Shown here in pieces: positions 13,100-25,830 of a DNA stretch of 64,000 nt. Position 1 is the first letter of the stretch. Each line of letters begins with the position of its first letter. The DNA comes from Gracilinanus agilis (lineage: Eukaryota). The DNA lies in NCBI RefSeq assembly GCF_016433145.1, contig NC_058132.1:186132804-186196803 (forward strand), read 5' to 3'. The notes beneath the pieces were generated by a model. The model was not told the DNA's origin and ran no database searches. It was given only the letters and a program-made list of their open reading frames with translations. The position numbers and the translations under genes were made by a program.

Positions 13100-14060
13100 A
13101 AAAATAAATATAATCTTTGCCTTCAAGAAATATGTATTTCAATAAAGGAAGACAGCATATAAAAAGAAGTTTAAAATAGAGGAATAAGGATAGGGTTTAG
13201 AGGAGAAAGAAGCCTAGAGTTCCCAAGTCTGGGGCCAAAAAAGCATGGAAGAATGAGCATGGCTGGCTGGGACTACTTTTTAAAATGGAGGTTGTGGGAA
13301 AAACTAATCTTGCTGTGGAAGTGGCCACAGAGCAAAGAGATCTTTCAGTGTGAGAAAGCTACTGGTGGAAAAGGATCTTCCTGGATTAGAAGGGTACTGC
13401 AGAATTATAACAAGGGCATCTTCAAATATGAGAAAGCTACAGTAACAGAGAACTACTCTCATATATAAAAATCTGTTTCGATCTATTTATCATTATATTT
13501 GTTCATATATTGCAGGTAAAGCTCAGTCTCTAGCCAAATTTATATTTACCTAACTCATTTTAACAGCTCAGATCATCTGGCTAATGTTGGATATTGTGAA
13601 GGACAAAAAGGAAGGATTTGTATTAAAAGAAATGTAAAGAGACTTCACTTGGGTACTACAATGGCTCTTTTTAGTCCAATTGTAGTAAAGATGCAAATTT
13701 TTTATTCACATATTTAGAATGAATAATTTAGTGCAAGAGACATTTGGGGTACTTATTAATATGCAAGACACTGTTCTAGAAATTGGATATTTCAAAGGTA
13801 AGATGAAGTAACCTCTGCCCTCAATAAGCATGTCTCTAAGATTCTTTTATAGATGTGGCTTTATGCTAGTGGCTGAGAATAAAAATAAAACAATTATTGC
13901 CCTGAAGTACCTTAGAATTTGTTCAGATAATTTCCATCTTAAAATCATATAATGTGCTCCTTATATTTAAGAGATAGGAAACAGAGGTCAGGTAAAATGG
14001 AGTGGCAACAGTCACAGTAGAAGTACTACTGTAGCTAGAGCTAGAATCCCCAGGTTTCCC

Positions 14061-14555
14061 CTTTTTTTAATTTAAATATATTTGTTTATTTGTTACATTA
14101 AAATACCCAAGTAACTCCCTCCCTTCTTCCCTTTGTCCCATTAGATAAGGCATCATTTGACAAAAGGTGTGTGTGTATGGGTGGTGGTGGTGGTGGTAGC
14201 TGTGGTGTGTGTGTGTGTATGTGTGTAAATAAAACTGCGTCTTGCTTATGCCAGTTTTTTCTCTGGAGGTAGGTATAAACAAGTAATTCTTCAAACAATA
14301 TTTCTATTGTGTATAATTTTTTCTTGGTTCTGCTCATTTCATTCATCGTAATTTCATATAGGTCTTTCCATGTTTTTTTTTAATTAACTTGTTCGTCATT
14401 TCTTACATTCACTGGTATTCCAATGCAATCATATGTCACAACTTGTTTAGCCATTCTCCAACTAATGGGCATCCCTTCAATTTCTAGTTCTTTGCCAGCA
14501 CTAAGAGAGCTGCTATAGATTATTTAGAACATGTAGGTTCTTTTCCTTTTCCCCC
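14061..14555 (-). mobile_element. L1 3' fragment with internal (GT)/(GGT) repeat
   Basis: T-rich tail remnant, 3' UTR, then tcacaacttgtttagccattctccaactaatgggcatcccttcaatttc (antisense of the CPSIGEWLNKLW block). Confidence 0.85.
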
Positions 14556-14946
14556 AATTTCCTGAATTTTGGCCCCATTTTCTTTTCATTTGTCTCTATT
14601 ATCACTATAGATCAGAAAAGCCATAAGTCTCTTTCCTTTGAATACTTCAAGGCAAATAAAACCTCCTTCGTGGAATGTTTTAGTAAATATTACCCAAGCA
14701 GTCCAACTATTGAAAGGAAATACTATAAAAGGAGAGGGCAATTATCCACTTGAAATTCTTAATTTTCTTCATCTTACAGTTTGGGGAAGGGAAGGTATCC
14801 TTTACAAATTGTGTTTATTCAAGTCCAGAATGTAAATTTATCATTATAATTTGAAACTTTCAGACAATTTGAACTGAGGGTTTGGCTATACAGAGAATTT
14901 CTTCAGAAATAGTAGTCTGAATGGTCATGGCAGTTCTATGCCTATG

Positions 14947-14977
<31 letters not shown>

Positions 14978-17900
14978 GTACCTAAGTAAGTTGCATATAT
15001 ATGTATGCAAATGCAGGTGTATACATATGTACATGTATGTATTTAAACAGGTTGTACTCTCACAAGTGCTGGATTTAAAGTAAAATGGGATTTGAAAAAA
15101 TACTTAGCGGTTGTATACGGGAAAGAATAGTGGCCTAGAATTCAGATGCAGAAGCAAATCAGAGCTTTATTACTTCTCTGGCTCTGAACAAATCATTTCA
15201 TCTCTCTGGGCTTTTCTTTTCTCATTTGTGTTAAAAAATTTTATAAAGGGAATTAAATGAGTTTATTACAATGATATCATACCCTACAAACAGATTTTGT
15301 TACAAATGACAAAAAAATATTAGATAGAAGATAAATAGATATATGGAGAGATAGATAAATAGATAGATAAAATAGATGTAATAGTACTGCATAACTAATT
15401 ATGATTTTTTTTATCACAAAAGTATTTAGAGACAAGTGAAATGCCAAGATCCACACTAATGCTACATAATTCATATTACATTTATTTTTAAACCTACAAT
15501 ATAGTATATGTATCATATCCTCATTTATCATAGCTCTTTTCATTTTTGTCTTATTCTCCTAATATATTATAAGTTCCACAATTATAGGATTCTTGCTTTA
15601 TCTAACCTTTTTAATCTCCCTTTGTTTTTAAAGCACCTAACACTGGGATCTATACACAATAGGAACATTTTAATAGATATTTGAGGATGTAGCAGAGGGG
15701 AAGAAAGTAGTGGGAAGAAAGGAGAAAAGAGAAGTCCTGACAGTTTAACTATGACCAGAAGGTAACAAAAAAAATTGTCATTCCAAAATATCCAGAGAAG
15801 AAAAATTTTTCCCATTTAAAACTATGGACAAGACTCTTTAATATCTCTAGAAAATAATCAAGAAAAAGAAGTTAGTCACCCCAAACCTAGGACTTTTGTG
15901 CCCAAAACTATGCAAAGTAAGTGGAAAGTTCATCTATATTTCTAGAGCAGTAAGGTGGCAATGAACATCTATTCTATTGATAAGCTCTATCCTTTTTTAT
16001 GATGACAGCTCAGTAATTTTCTTAAAGTTGTAACTACTGTAGGTTTTATGTTCTCAGATGTAATCATTCTCAATTTGCATGTGTATACAAATAATGTGTA
16101 TATTATATTTATATTCATGTACATGTGTAGATACATATAGATAGGTAACAGATATATGAATTTGCATATATATTCTAAACACCCAGAGCAGCCCTATGGA
16201 AAACTGTAAAGATAGCAAAATTTGTCATCAATTTTGCTAGTGTTTCCTTAATCCTTCTTGACTCCAACTCTCATTGTTCAAGGGCTCCCACTTACATAAC
16301 TGACCTAGATGTGTCCTTCACTAGCAATGTCCTATGCTCTGAACCCTTTCGTCATTGAAACTCATCTCTCCTGTAATTCATAGACACACTAGAGAATAGC
16401 TAGTTAATGTGATAAACTAATTCATCTTAAAATGCTAATAGATGATAAAATTCGTTATATTAATGTAATTACATTTGAAATAGGGGACTTTCTGGAAATA
16501 TAATACAATAATTTTTTTTTCAGGCAGAATGGCATATTTTCATGGCAGGCAGGTATCTGTATACCTTTCAGATTACAAAAATCAGGTGACTTCCTGGCTC
16601 GTCCACTAGTCATGTGGCTCATCTGATTGTCAATGTCTGGAAAGAATAATGGGTGCTAGAAAAAAAGTGAGAGGGGGGTGATAAATTCTCTGTCTCATGT
16701 ATCTATGATAGCAGGATGAACATAAGCTACCAAGCTGTGAAATAAAAACATGAATATTTCCTTTACCTACAAATTTTGTTTCTATTTTATTTCAGGGGGA
16801 TATATATATATATCCAAGAAAAAATAATTTGGTTAAATGCTTCATATTTATTTCTTCTCTAAATATATGACATTGTACATGACATTCTAAAGGAAAAATA
16901 TAAGAAATTATTATCTTAGACACTTAGTAAAATATATTTTTGCCCATATGATACAAAATGTTCTTATAATTCTGTTTCTAGTTCCCAAACTTTTATGAAA
17001 GATAGAATCCACGACTAGTAAACATTAAGTTACATAATCTGCTCTCCTCCAGATCGTCATTTTCAGTCCAAGTATCGCACAGCTGTTACACTGGGAGTTA
17101 TCCAATTGCACACAAATATGGCTCTTTCCATTCATTTGCATAATTCTGAATTCTTTTCACAGGAAGTATAATGCCAATGTAGAAGTATAAAGAATAAAAT
17201 AATGGTTATCCAAGGAATGATTCAACAAACCAGAACAGCTGCTCATCAGAAATGCCAGAAAGTTTTCCCTTTTTTTTATAAATCAATATTCTTCTTTCTG
17301 ACATAGTTGAAAACTTCAAACTGTTGGAATTTTTCTCCCAGATATATGAGGCAAATATTCTATATATTTCATAATTCAAGAAAATACCCTCACCTCTTAT
17401 GAAAATAAGTAAAACAATCAGAAGTAGAAGATAAATAGTAAAAAAAAAAAACACATACACATACACACACATTAAATCCCTTTTTGGGTCCATTGCCCAA
17501 ATGCGGCATTTAAGAGAGTAACAAAGAAAATACAATTAATTTGAGAAAATTCACAAAAGCCTAATTTTATGTTGAAAAACCATAAAAATAAGTATATAAA
17601 TTGCTACAGTCCATAAAAATTCACATTAAAAAAAGCTGATCATTTAAATGGCAAATTAAACACAACATAATTTCTGTCAATTTTGCTTAATTATCTGTCA
17701 GGGGAGAGATTATATACCTGAATTTGCTTTAGAAAATTAGTAGATGATTACACTTTGGTGGTCCTATAATGATATACTGACTATGCTAGGGGCTAATTAT
17801 TTGAGAAATTTTGAAAATGGTTGCCTGAAAGAACCTCAATATTTCTTCTCTTTCTTTATATAACCACAATGAATGTTTGGTTAGAACTCAAAAATTCTCT

Positions 17901-18734
17901 TTAAAATGGGGATGAACTTGTGGAATTTATGCATTACTACGGAGTTTATAGGTAGCTACTTGGGTTTCTTTGAAATAGCCTGTGACCTTTGTGCGTAACC
18001 TTGTTTTATTCAATGGTTAAACTTCCAACCATCCACAGGTACATCATGCAAACCAAGGAATATAACAATTAATTTATTTTGACCTAATCATCTACATTCC
18101 TTAATTACTTACTTGCAATAAGTGAAAGAAGTTTACCCTAGCCTTGCAGTTACTAAAACAGAAATTCTCTTAAGCCAAAATATTGACTCTCCTCCCCCCA
18201 AGAAATGCATGAACTCAAAAACTTTAATTATAAGGAGGCCAACTCTGTTCTTTTTGGACTTTTGCCTTAGGCAGAAAGCAATGCAGCACGTTGCAGCATA
18301 CCACAGGGAAGTCTAGGAGCTGGGCAATGTACAGTAATGGAAAAATATGGTTTTTCAAGCATTTATGTGTGCTTGATATATTTTTTCACCTATATAAATG
18401 GCAGCTTATTACATTATAAACAGGAAATTAATTAGAATTTATCTCTAAAGATCATAGAAAATAAAAAGAAATGTCTATAATTTCTCCAAATACAATTACA
18501 TTAGCATTATCCCCACCACCATCAGATCTTATAATAAGTATTAACTTGGTGTCCAGTTTATATTTCTAGGTCTTTGTATTCCATATCAATGAATTCTTAA
18601 ATATTTGAGTCCCTACTATGATCAAGGCAAAGGGAATATAACATAAAAAGAAAAAGAGAAAAAAGTATCTGCTCCCTAAGAGACAATTTTATATACATAT
18701 ATGTATGCGTTTATGTATATATGTATACACATTT

Positions 18735-18870
18735 TGTCCAAATCTTTGTGACCCTGTGGACCATAGCACAACAATGCTCTCTACAGAGTTTTATTGGAAA
18801 AGATAATAGATTTGCCATTTCCTTCTCTATTGAATTAAGGCAATAGAATAGGTTAAGTAACTGATCCTTG
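18735..18870 (-). mobile_element. MAR1-type SINE 3' part, followed by (TG)/(CA)/(TA) repeat to about 18990
   Basis: ctttgtgaccctgtggaccatagcac...ttggaaaagat...tttgccatttccttctc...ttaaggcaatagaataggttaagtaact. Confidence 0.65.
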
Positions 18871-18999
18871 GTGTGTGTGTGCACATGTGTATACACACTC
18901 CCACACATACATATGTTATATATTTATGTAATATGTATGTACACATATATACATACATATATACATACTGTATTCTGTACAAAATACATACACATTCCT

Positions 19000-19720
19000 T
19001 AGAGAAGGACTCTGTAGCTGGAAAGATCTGGAAAGGACTAGTAATATAAGAGATGGTGCTTGAGCTGCATATTCAAACAAAATAAGAAGCAGAGGTAGGG
19101 AGGGAATACATTGTAGTAGGAAATGGCCTATGCAAAATCACAGAGAAGAGAAATGGAATATAATGGGAAGCACAGCAAGGTGCCTAGATTGCATAAACAC
19201 AAGAAGGAAGGAGGGGAATAATATAAAGTAAAACTAGAAAGGTAGATTGGAGTCAGGTTATAATGATCATTAACTGACCAATGAAGGAATTTGTATTTGA
19301 CTCTAGAAGTAAAAAAAGGACATTGTAATATATTGTATGTCAGTTAATTAGATTTTCTTAAATTATATATGTGTGTGTGTGTTTAAAAAATAGGCAAAAC
19401 ATTCTGCCTTAAGAGAAATCACCTTCTAATAGGGAAGATTAAATAAAAATTAAGCAAGGTAGTAATCTGATAAAACTTCTTTTCTACTGGGTTGAAGATG
19501 AAAGGGAATAGGGAGATATTTTAAATAGGGAGACTTATTAGAAGTTTTGCAATAGTACTAACAAAAAGTGATCATTATCTCAATTAACATCATTAACATC
19601 ATAGATGTAGAAATGGAGTGAAGTGGATAGATGAGAACAATGTGGAGGCAATATTGTTATAGACATCAATCCTGGCCATAGAGAAATAAGAAATATATCA
19701 TCCTTTATACAGTCAAAATC
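19000..19720 (-). mobile_element. L2 fragments
   Basis: gatggtgcttgagctg...gcagaggtagggagggaatacattg...ggcctatgcaaaatcacagaga and later gaagttttgcaatagtacta pattern. Confidence 0.6.
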
Positions 19721-20834
19721 CTTGTTGAATGGAGGAAAACAAAGAACAATGAGCTTACATTAGCCTAAGGAAGGAAGGAAGAAAAACAATATAGATATTC
19801 CAGATTGAAGAGTAATGAATGCAGAAAATTAACTATAGAAAAATTACAAAAATAGATTGTTTTTTCATCTTTATGTAAAATAAATACCCGGACACATACC
19901 TATAGAGCAGGTTTGTAGTGAGAGAAAGCAAATACAGATATTTAAATGTGATTATGTTAATTTAAATGATCAGAGCACTGATTATTTTTCAACAAAAAAA
20001 TTACACTTTAAATGTGTACAGCATCTTATAGTATAGAGAGATATTTCACATATATGAACTCGTATATAAATGCTAATAAAACAACTATTAATTATGAAGG
20101 TCATATATTTTCACATAAAATAAGGGAACTAATTTTCAGCCAGGTTAAGTAACTTTCCTAAAGCCATAAAAGCAGTGGGTAGCACAGCCTGGACTTGAAG
20201 CCAAATATTCTGACTTCTAATCTCTTACTCTTTCCATAGCCCCATAATTATTAATTGAATGGAATCTCTGCCATTGTCCAATAGCAATGAATGAATCAAA
20301 ATCACATTTGGTACCTTTTGCTCCAGGCCCCCAAACTGTTAGTTTGTTATAAGTATTGTATATGAATTGTATTTTAAAACATATATTATGTCATTCATTT
20401 TATGAACTTAGTCATTTACCAGAAACTGTACCAGATACCAAGGATATAAAGATGCAAACAATTTCTCACTTTAAAGAGTTTACATACTACTAAAACAACA
20501 GGATATTGCTAATCAACAGGATGCAAAAGACACTAACATTGTCAGCTAATCTCCAAAAATAATTTGGTTATATTTAATCATTAAGTAAATTAAGGAGTTT
20601 TAATGAATCCTGAACAGATAATACAATGAAATGGAAAGAACACTGGGTCTGGATTTAGAGGATGAAGGTTCTAACCCCAGATCTGCTTTTCTGTTATTAT
20701 ATTTGACCTTTCCCTGACTATTCAAACCCACACTGAGTACTGTAGGTTGTGAAGCTTGTGATATGCAATTGGCCTTTAGTTAAACAGCCTTGTATTCTTA
20801 AACTGGGTTTGTTTTTTGTGGGTTTTTTTGCACT

Positions 20835-21115
20835 AGTTTGGGGATGTTAGGTAGTCTAGAGATATTAATCTCAATTCGAATCCACTGTCAGATATATATT
20901 AGCTCTGTGATCTTGAGCAAATAATTTAACTTCTATTTGCTTCAGTTTCTATAAACTAGGACTTTAAAAAAAACAAGAAAATATAAAATCCCTATTTGTA
21001 AAATGGGAGCAATAGCAGTATCTATACCTCAAGATTATTATGAAGATAAAATGAAATAGGTTTTATGCATCACTTTGTAAATCTTAAAGTGGCATAAAAT
21101 GCTATCATTATTATT
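20835..21115 (+). mobile_element. MIR SINE
   Basis: agctctgtgatcttgagcaaataatttaacttc...gtaaaatgggagcaatagcagtatctatacctcaagattattatgaagataaaatg. Confidence 0.7.
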
Positions 21116-24100
21116 ATTACTAATAATATTATTATTTCAAAACTAATCATTACATTCCTTAGGGAGAAATATTGTATATTGTACCACTCTAGGATTCCCT
21201 CCTTACCACCTAACATACAATATTCTAGTACAATTAAGTATCAAATGATTACTTGATCAATAGATGATTTCTTAGTCATATAATCATTAATGATTCAAGA
21301 ACTATTGAATATAACACTTTAATCTCCTTAGGGGAAAAATAAATTCCTCAGGCAGATCCTTTAAATGAATGGGCTTAATGTCACTGTCACACAAGATGAC
21401 TTTACTGACCCCCAAAAGAAGCAGCAGATGAATTGAAAAGTGAAATCCTTGTGGTATTCTTTACAGTCTTAAATGTCATTTTGAAGAATAAGTCACTTCT
21501 TCTGATGCACCCCTATTGAACACAAGGAGGAGAGCAACATTGATGGATGATTAAGGCTGTCTGAGTCATACAAGGGGACTTTGTTTTTGTAAGGGAGGGA
21601 GGGAAAAAGGGAATTTTTTTTTCATTTCTAGCACAGCTTCAAAGTGCCATTCATGATGTTTAGCTGCCTACCAAAATCTACAGAGAAAATAATCCATTCT
21701 TTCCTTCCACCTGCAGTGATGAGGGAAAAAAAGCATTATGGGAACCCCTCCAGCTTTTCCTTCCCTTCCACCCTTGTGAGTCTTTTTCTTATCAGTTGAC
21801 TAAATATTCTTAAAAACCTGTTGCCCTTATTGAAGTTAAAAGGAATTCATGTATATCCTAATTTAGTTATTTGTTTCTAACACGCTAGGACTAACCTTTG
21901 TCTGAAAATTTCCTTTAGCTCTCTCAATCACATGTGACATATAAGTTGCTTACCCCCTTCAATGCTTAGCAGTAATCACAGGTGATTTGTTAGCTGAATT
22001 ATCTTTCATGCTTTTGAAATGGCATTTCACCTTAAGTGCTCCTTTAACAGGTTTTTAAAGCATAGTGCCAAGTACAAAGAATTAATAACAAAATCCAAAG
22101 CATCCTTAATATAACCTTAATGTCCCTGTGCATCATTCTGACATTACTTTGTCACCTTTCTGTTTCAAGAGAGAGAACTAAAAGGATTAGGTGTAATGCA
22201 ATAAATTGAAACTTGTCACAGGCTTATGGGGTGTATTATATAGATTGTACAAGCTGGTGGGAGAATACTCTTGTTACTGCTACTCTGCCTCAATTTGAAT
22301 GCCTTAAAAGTGCTAAGAAGTTGTCTGTGCTCAAACAACTTCTGGTGAGAATGATTAAAGGGTACTAGAATAAAAAATGGCAAAATACATTGGTGAATTT
22401 GTGGGTTATGTACTTCTTCCTATTTACTTTCTGTGTAACTGGATCATTTCTATTTACACTTGAATCTTCAAGAACCTTTGCTATCCACAAGTAGAGTATT
22501 TTCATATCAACAGTCTTCTACACTGGAGTTCTGTCTGTTGAACCTAGGTCAATTGAACTGTTGTAGCTGAATGGATGTGGATCTTTCACATAAGTATATT
22601 TATAATTTTATTTTAGGGTTTTGGCTTTTCATGAGTCTGTTTTTACAATAATTTTGCAAGATAATAAAAATAAAATTTTAAAACACAAAAAAGAAAATAG
22701 GTCAAAAGATGTGGTGACTTCTCAAAATTTGCTCTCCCACTGGGATGGACTGATGAAATCTACCATTCCATCAGTGACAGTGTGGAAGGGGAATCACCAG
22801 CCCAGATGGTCTTCTTGCCGATCATCTTCTCTGCCGATCAAAGTTGTGTTTGTTTTCTTTTCCCCAGCCTGGCTCATTTAACATTGGATGAATCAGAGTC
22901 AGTGTAGTTTAAGCCAACAAAAATGGAACTAGAATTATGAATTTAAAGGATCACATTAAAAGAGGCAACCATCAAAGTAAAATGGTAAAGGCAATTACAT
23001 TTTATATTACAAGACCAATAGAACCCTGTATAGAATTTGTGGTAGTATATTTCCTTATAACAAAGTTTTATTTCATTGACTTTGTTCTAACTCAAAACTC
23101 CAAATCCAATTTGGTTTCTGAGGTCCTAGGTCCTGTATCTGCTATTGCCTGAGGCCTTTTCTTACTAAGGAATTGGAGCTTCAACATCAATGCCAAAGCA
23201 CTTGATGATTTCTTCCACCTTTGTTATTAAGGGATGTCTCTCCAAACCTCTGCCCTAAATTTTGATTTGTTGTGAGCCTCCCTATGAAACATTTCTTTTC
23301 CAGTTATTTAGTGAATTGAATGGTGCCAACTGACAATATCATCTGTACTCCTCAATAGCCTGGAGAAAGGATCTGTAAACAGAAACTTGTTCCAGGTAAT
23401 ATTAGGTACTGAGTTAGATTGTCAGCTGCTACAAATAAGAGTTCTGGCTTCCTTTTATAGAATATCTCCCATAAACCAGGGTATTTCAGTATCATCCATG
23501 ACTATCTCAACCATAGAAACCACTGATACTTTATAAATAAATTAAAAAGTCCAGGGAAAATAGTCTATTAGGGAATTTATGCCCAGTATATATATATACT
23601 GGGCATAAATATATATATATATACATACATATATATATATTGGGTAAAATATAATGAAAACACTAAATTTACCATAATATATAAAAGTCCCCAGTGGAAC
23701 TATTTGCTCAGGTACTAAATGAACCAAAACATATGATTTCCAGTTTCTGTGAGTGATATTTAAAATATCATGCAATACATGAAAGATAGATCAGGATTAT
23801 TAAAGAGCACATTTTATCATGATTTTTAGAAAAGGAAAAAGAATAAAATCTGTAGACTGTGATTCTTTTATCTTCACATTGATTCTTGGCAAATTTTAGA
23901 TGTTATCATTTTATAAGTTGTTATTGAAGTATTTTTTAATATTACTAAAGTTTCCTCTAGCATCTATTTGTCTCCTTCTCCAAGAGTGACACACCCAGAC
24001 AACAAATATTTTTGAAGAGGGAAAAAATAGAAANACATATATATATATAATTTGTATATTCACATATAAATATATACATCTATATCTTAAATTACAGTGA

Positions 24101-24942
24101 GTGCCATAACTCCTGGTTTTGTAGATTACTTTTCTTTAAAATAATGCCTCCCTACAAATACATGATTTATCAGGTCCAATTTCTTTCAAAAATAGGCTGA
24201 AGCCAGAGCTAATTTATTTGACTTTTTCCTTTAAACAGAGATGCACATTTTGTTTAAGATTTGAATTTTTATCATTTCCAATATATAACTGAAAAACAAA
24301 CTTATTTGAGATCATTTATCATCCTACAGACAGAAAGAAAATAGTACTCATTCTGCCAAACTACTACATCTTTACCTACTGAGTCTACTATGTAAAAATT
24401 TGCATAATTGCAACCAGACTGTTTCTCATTCAAGAGAGCTTATATCTAGCATTTGACTTAAATTCCATTTAAAACAACTTCTAACATGGTTTTCTGCTAT
24501 GGGTAGATCCTAAAGATAAAAAGAATTTTGAAGACTGTATAATATAAATGAAGAAACATTAAACAGTATTTTATTATCAATCATAATTAAATGAATCCCA
24601 CATTACCCATAATAAATTTTACTATCAAGTAGTACATGAAAAACTATTATTCAAGGTGTTTATAGTAAATTAAATTGCACCAAATTATTAAAGAAAAGAG
24701 AAATTAGGCAAGTGTATCTTTCCTAGAACTTATTTCATTAAGTTGTTTTAAAAATATATGAAAACATTTAATGAACTAAAAGAGTTTCAAGTATTCCTGA
24801 GGAAAAACCCAGAAGTCAGTAGAAAATTTGATCTTTAAGAAATATACAAGGGTAATGAAAGATTAATCCTAAAATCTCCAAAAGTTCAAATTGTTTCCAG
24901 TATGGGAAAATGCCACCTATGGTCTCTGAAAATGACTGGGTA

Positions 24943-25545
24943 TTTTTTTATTTTTATTTATTTTATTTATTTATTTTTATTTTTTAGAAAAAATTTCTCC
25001 ATGGTTACATGATTCATGTTCTTGCTCTTTCTCCCTCCAATTCCCCACACCCGGTAGCCTATGTGCATATCCACTGGTTTTTTCATGTGTCATTGATCAA
25101 GACCTATTTCCATATTATTGATAATTGTTCTAGGGTGATCATTAAGAGTCTACATCCCAAATCATATCCACATCAACCCATGTGTTCAAGCAGTTGTTTT
25201 TCTTTTGTTTTCACTCCCATAGTTCTTCCTCTGAATGTGGGTAGCATTCTTTTCCATAAATCCCTCAGAATTGTCCTGGGTCATTGCATTGCTGCTAGTA
25301 CAGAAGTCCATTACATTCAATTTTACCACAGTGTATCAATCTCTGTGTACAATGTTCTTCTGGCTCTGCTCCTTTCACTCTGCATCAATTTCTGGAGGTC
25401 ATTCCAGTTCACATGGAATTCCTCCAGTTTATTATTTCTTTGAGCACAATAGTATTCCATCACCAGCAGATACCACAATTTGTTTGGCCGTTCCCCAATT
25501 GACAGGCATACTCTCATTTTCCAGGTTTTTGCCACCACAAAGAGA
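24943..25545 (-). mobile_element. L1 3' fragment, opossum-type, with (TTTTA)n tail
   Basis: Poly(A)-derived tail at 24943-24986; minus ORF 25323..25619 CLSIGERPNKLWYLLVMEYYCAQRNNKLEEFHVNWNDLQKLMQSERSRARRTLYTE is the ORF2 C-terminus. Confidence 0.92.
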
Positions 25546-25830
25546 GAATGAATACTATTCACATCTAGAGAAAGAACTGTTGGAATAGAAACAGAGAAGA
25601 AAAACATATCATAGATCACATAATTCCATGGGGATATGTTTAGGGTTTTGATGTTAAAATATGTGACAACATATTCATTAAAATATGAATAACATGGAAA
25701 TAGGTTTTGAACAATGATACATGTACAACCCAGTGGATTTGCTTGTCAGCTCCAGGAGGGGGATGGGAAGGGACAGGAAAATCATGAATCATGTAACCAT
25801 GGAAAAATATTCTAAAGAAGAAAAGAAAAA
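25546..25830 (+). mobile_element. Second L1 3' UTR fragment, head-to-head with the previous one
   Basis: gaatactattcacatctagagaaagaactg...catgaatcatgtaaccatggaaaaatattctaaa plus A-rich tail. Confidence 0.85.

Noticed and set aside
22749-22845. 11-bp hairpin with a C-box-like TGATGA and a short direct repeat tgccgatca
   Set aside because: No CTGA D box or terminal stem at snoRNA distance; hairpin is near chance level.
23385-23400. Further AG|GT junctions (23395/23396; also 32347/32348)
   Set aside because: Weak pyrimidine tracts and non-consensus donors; common by chance.
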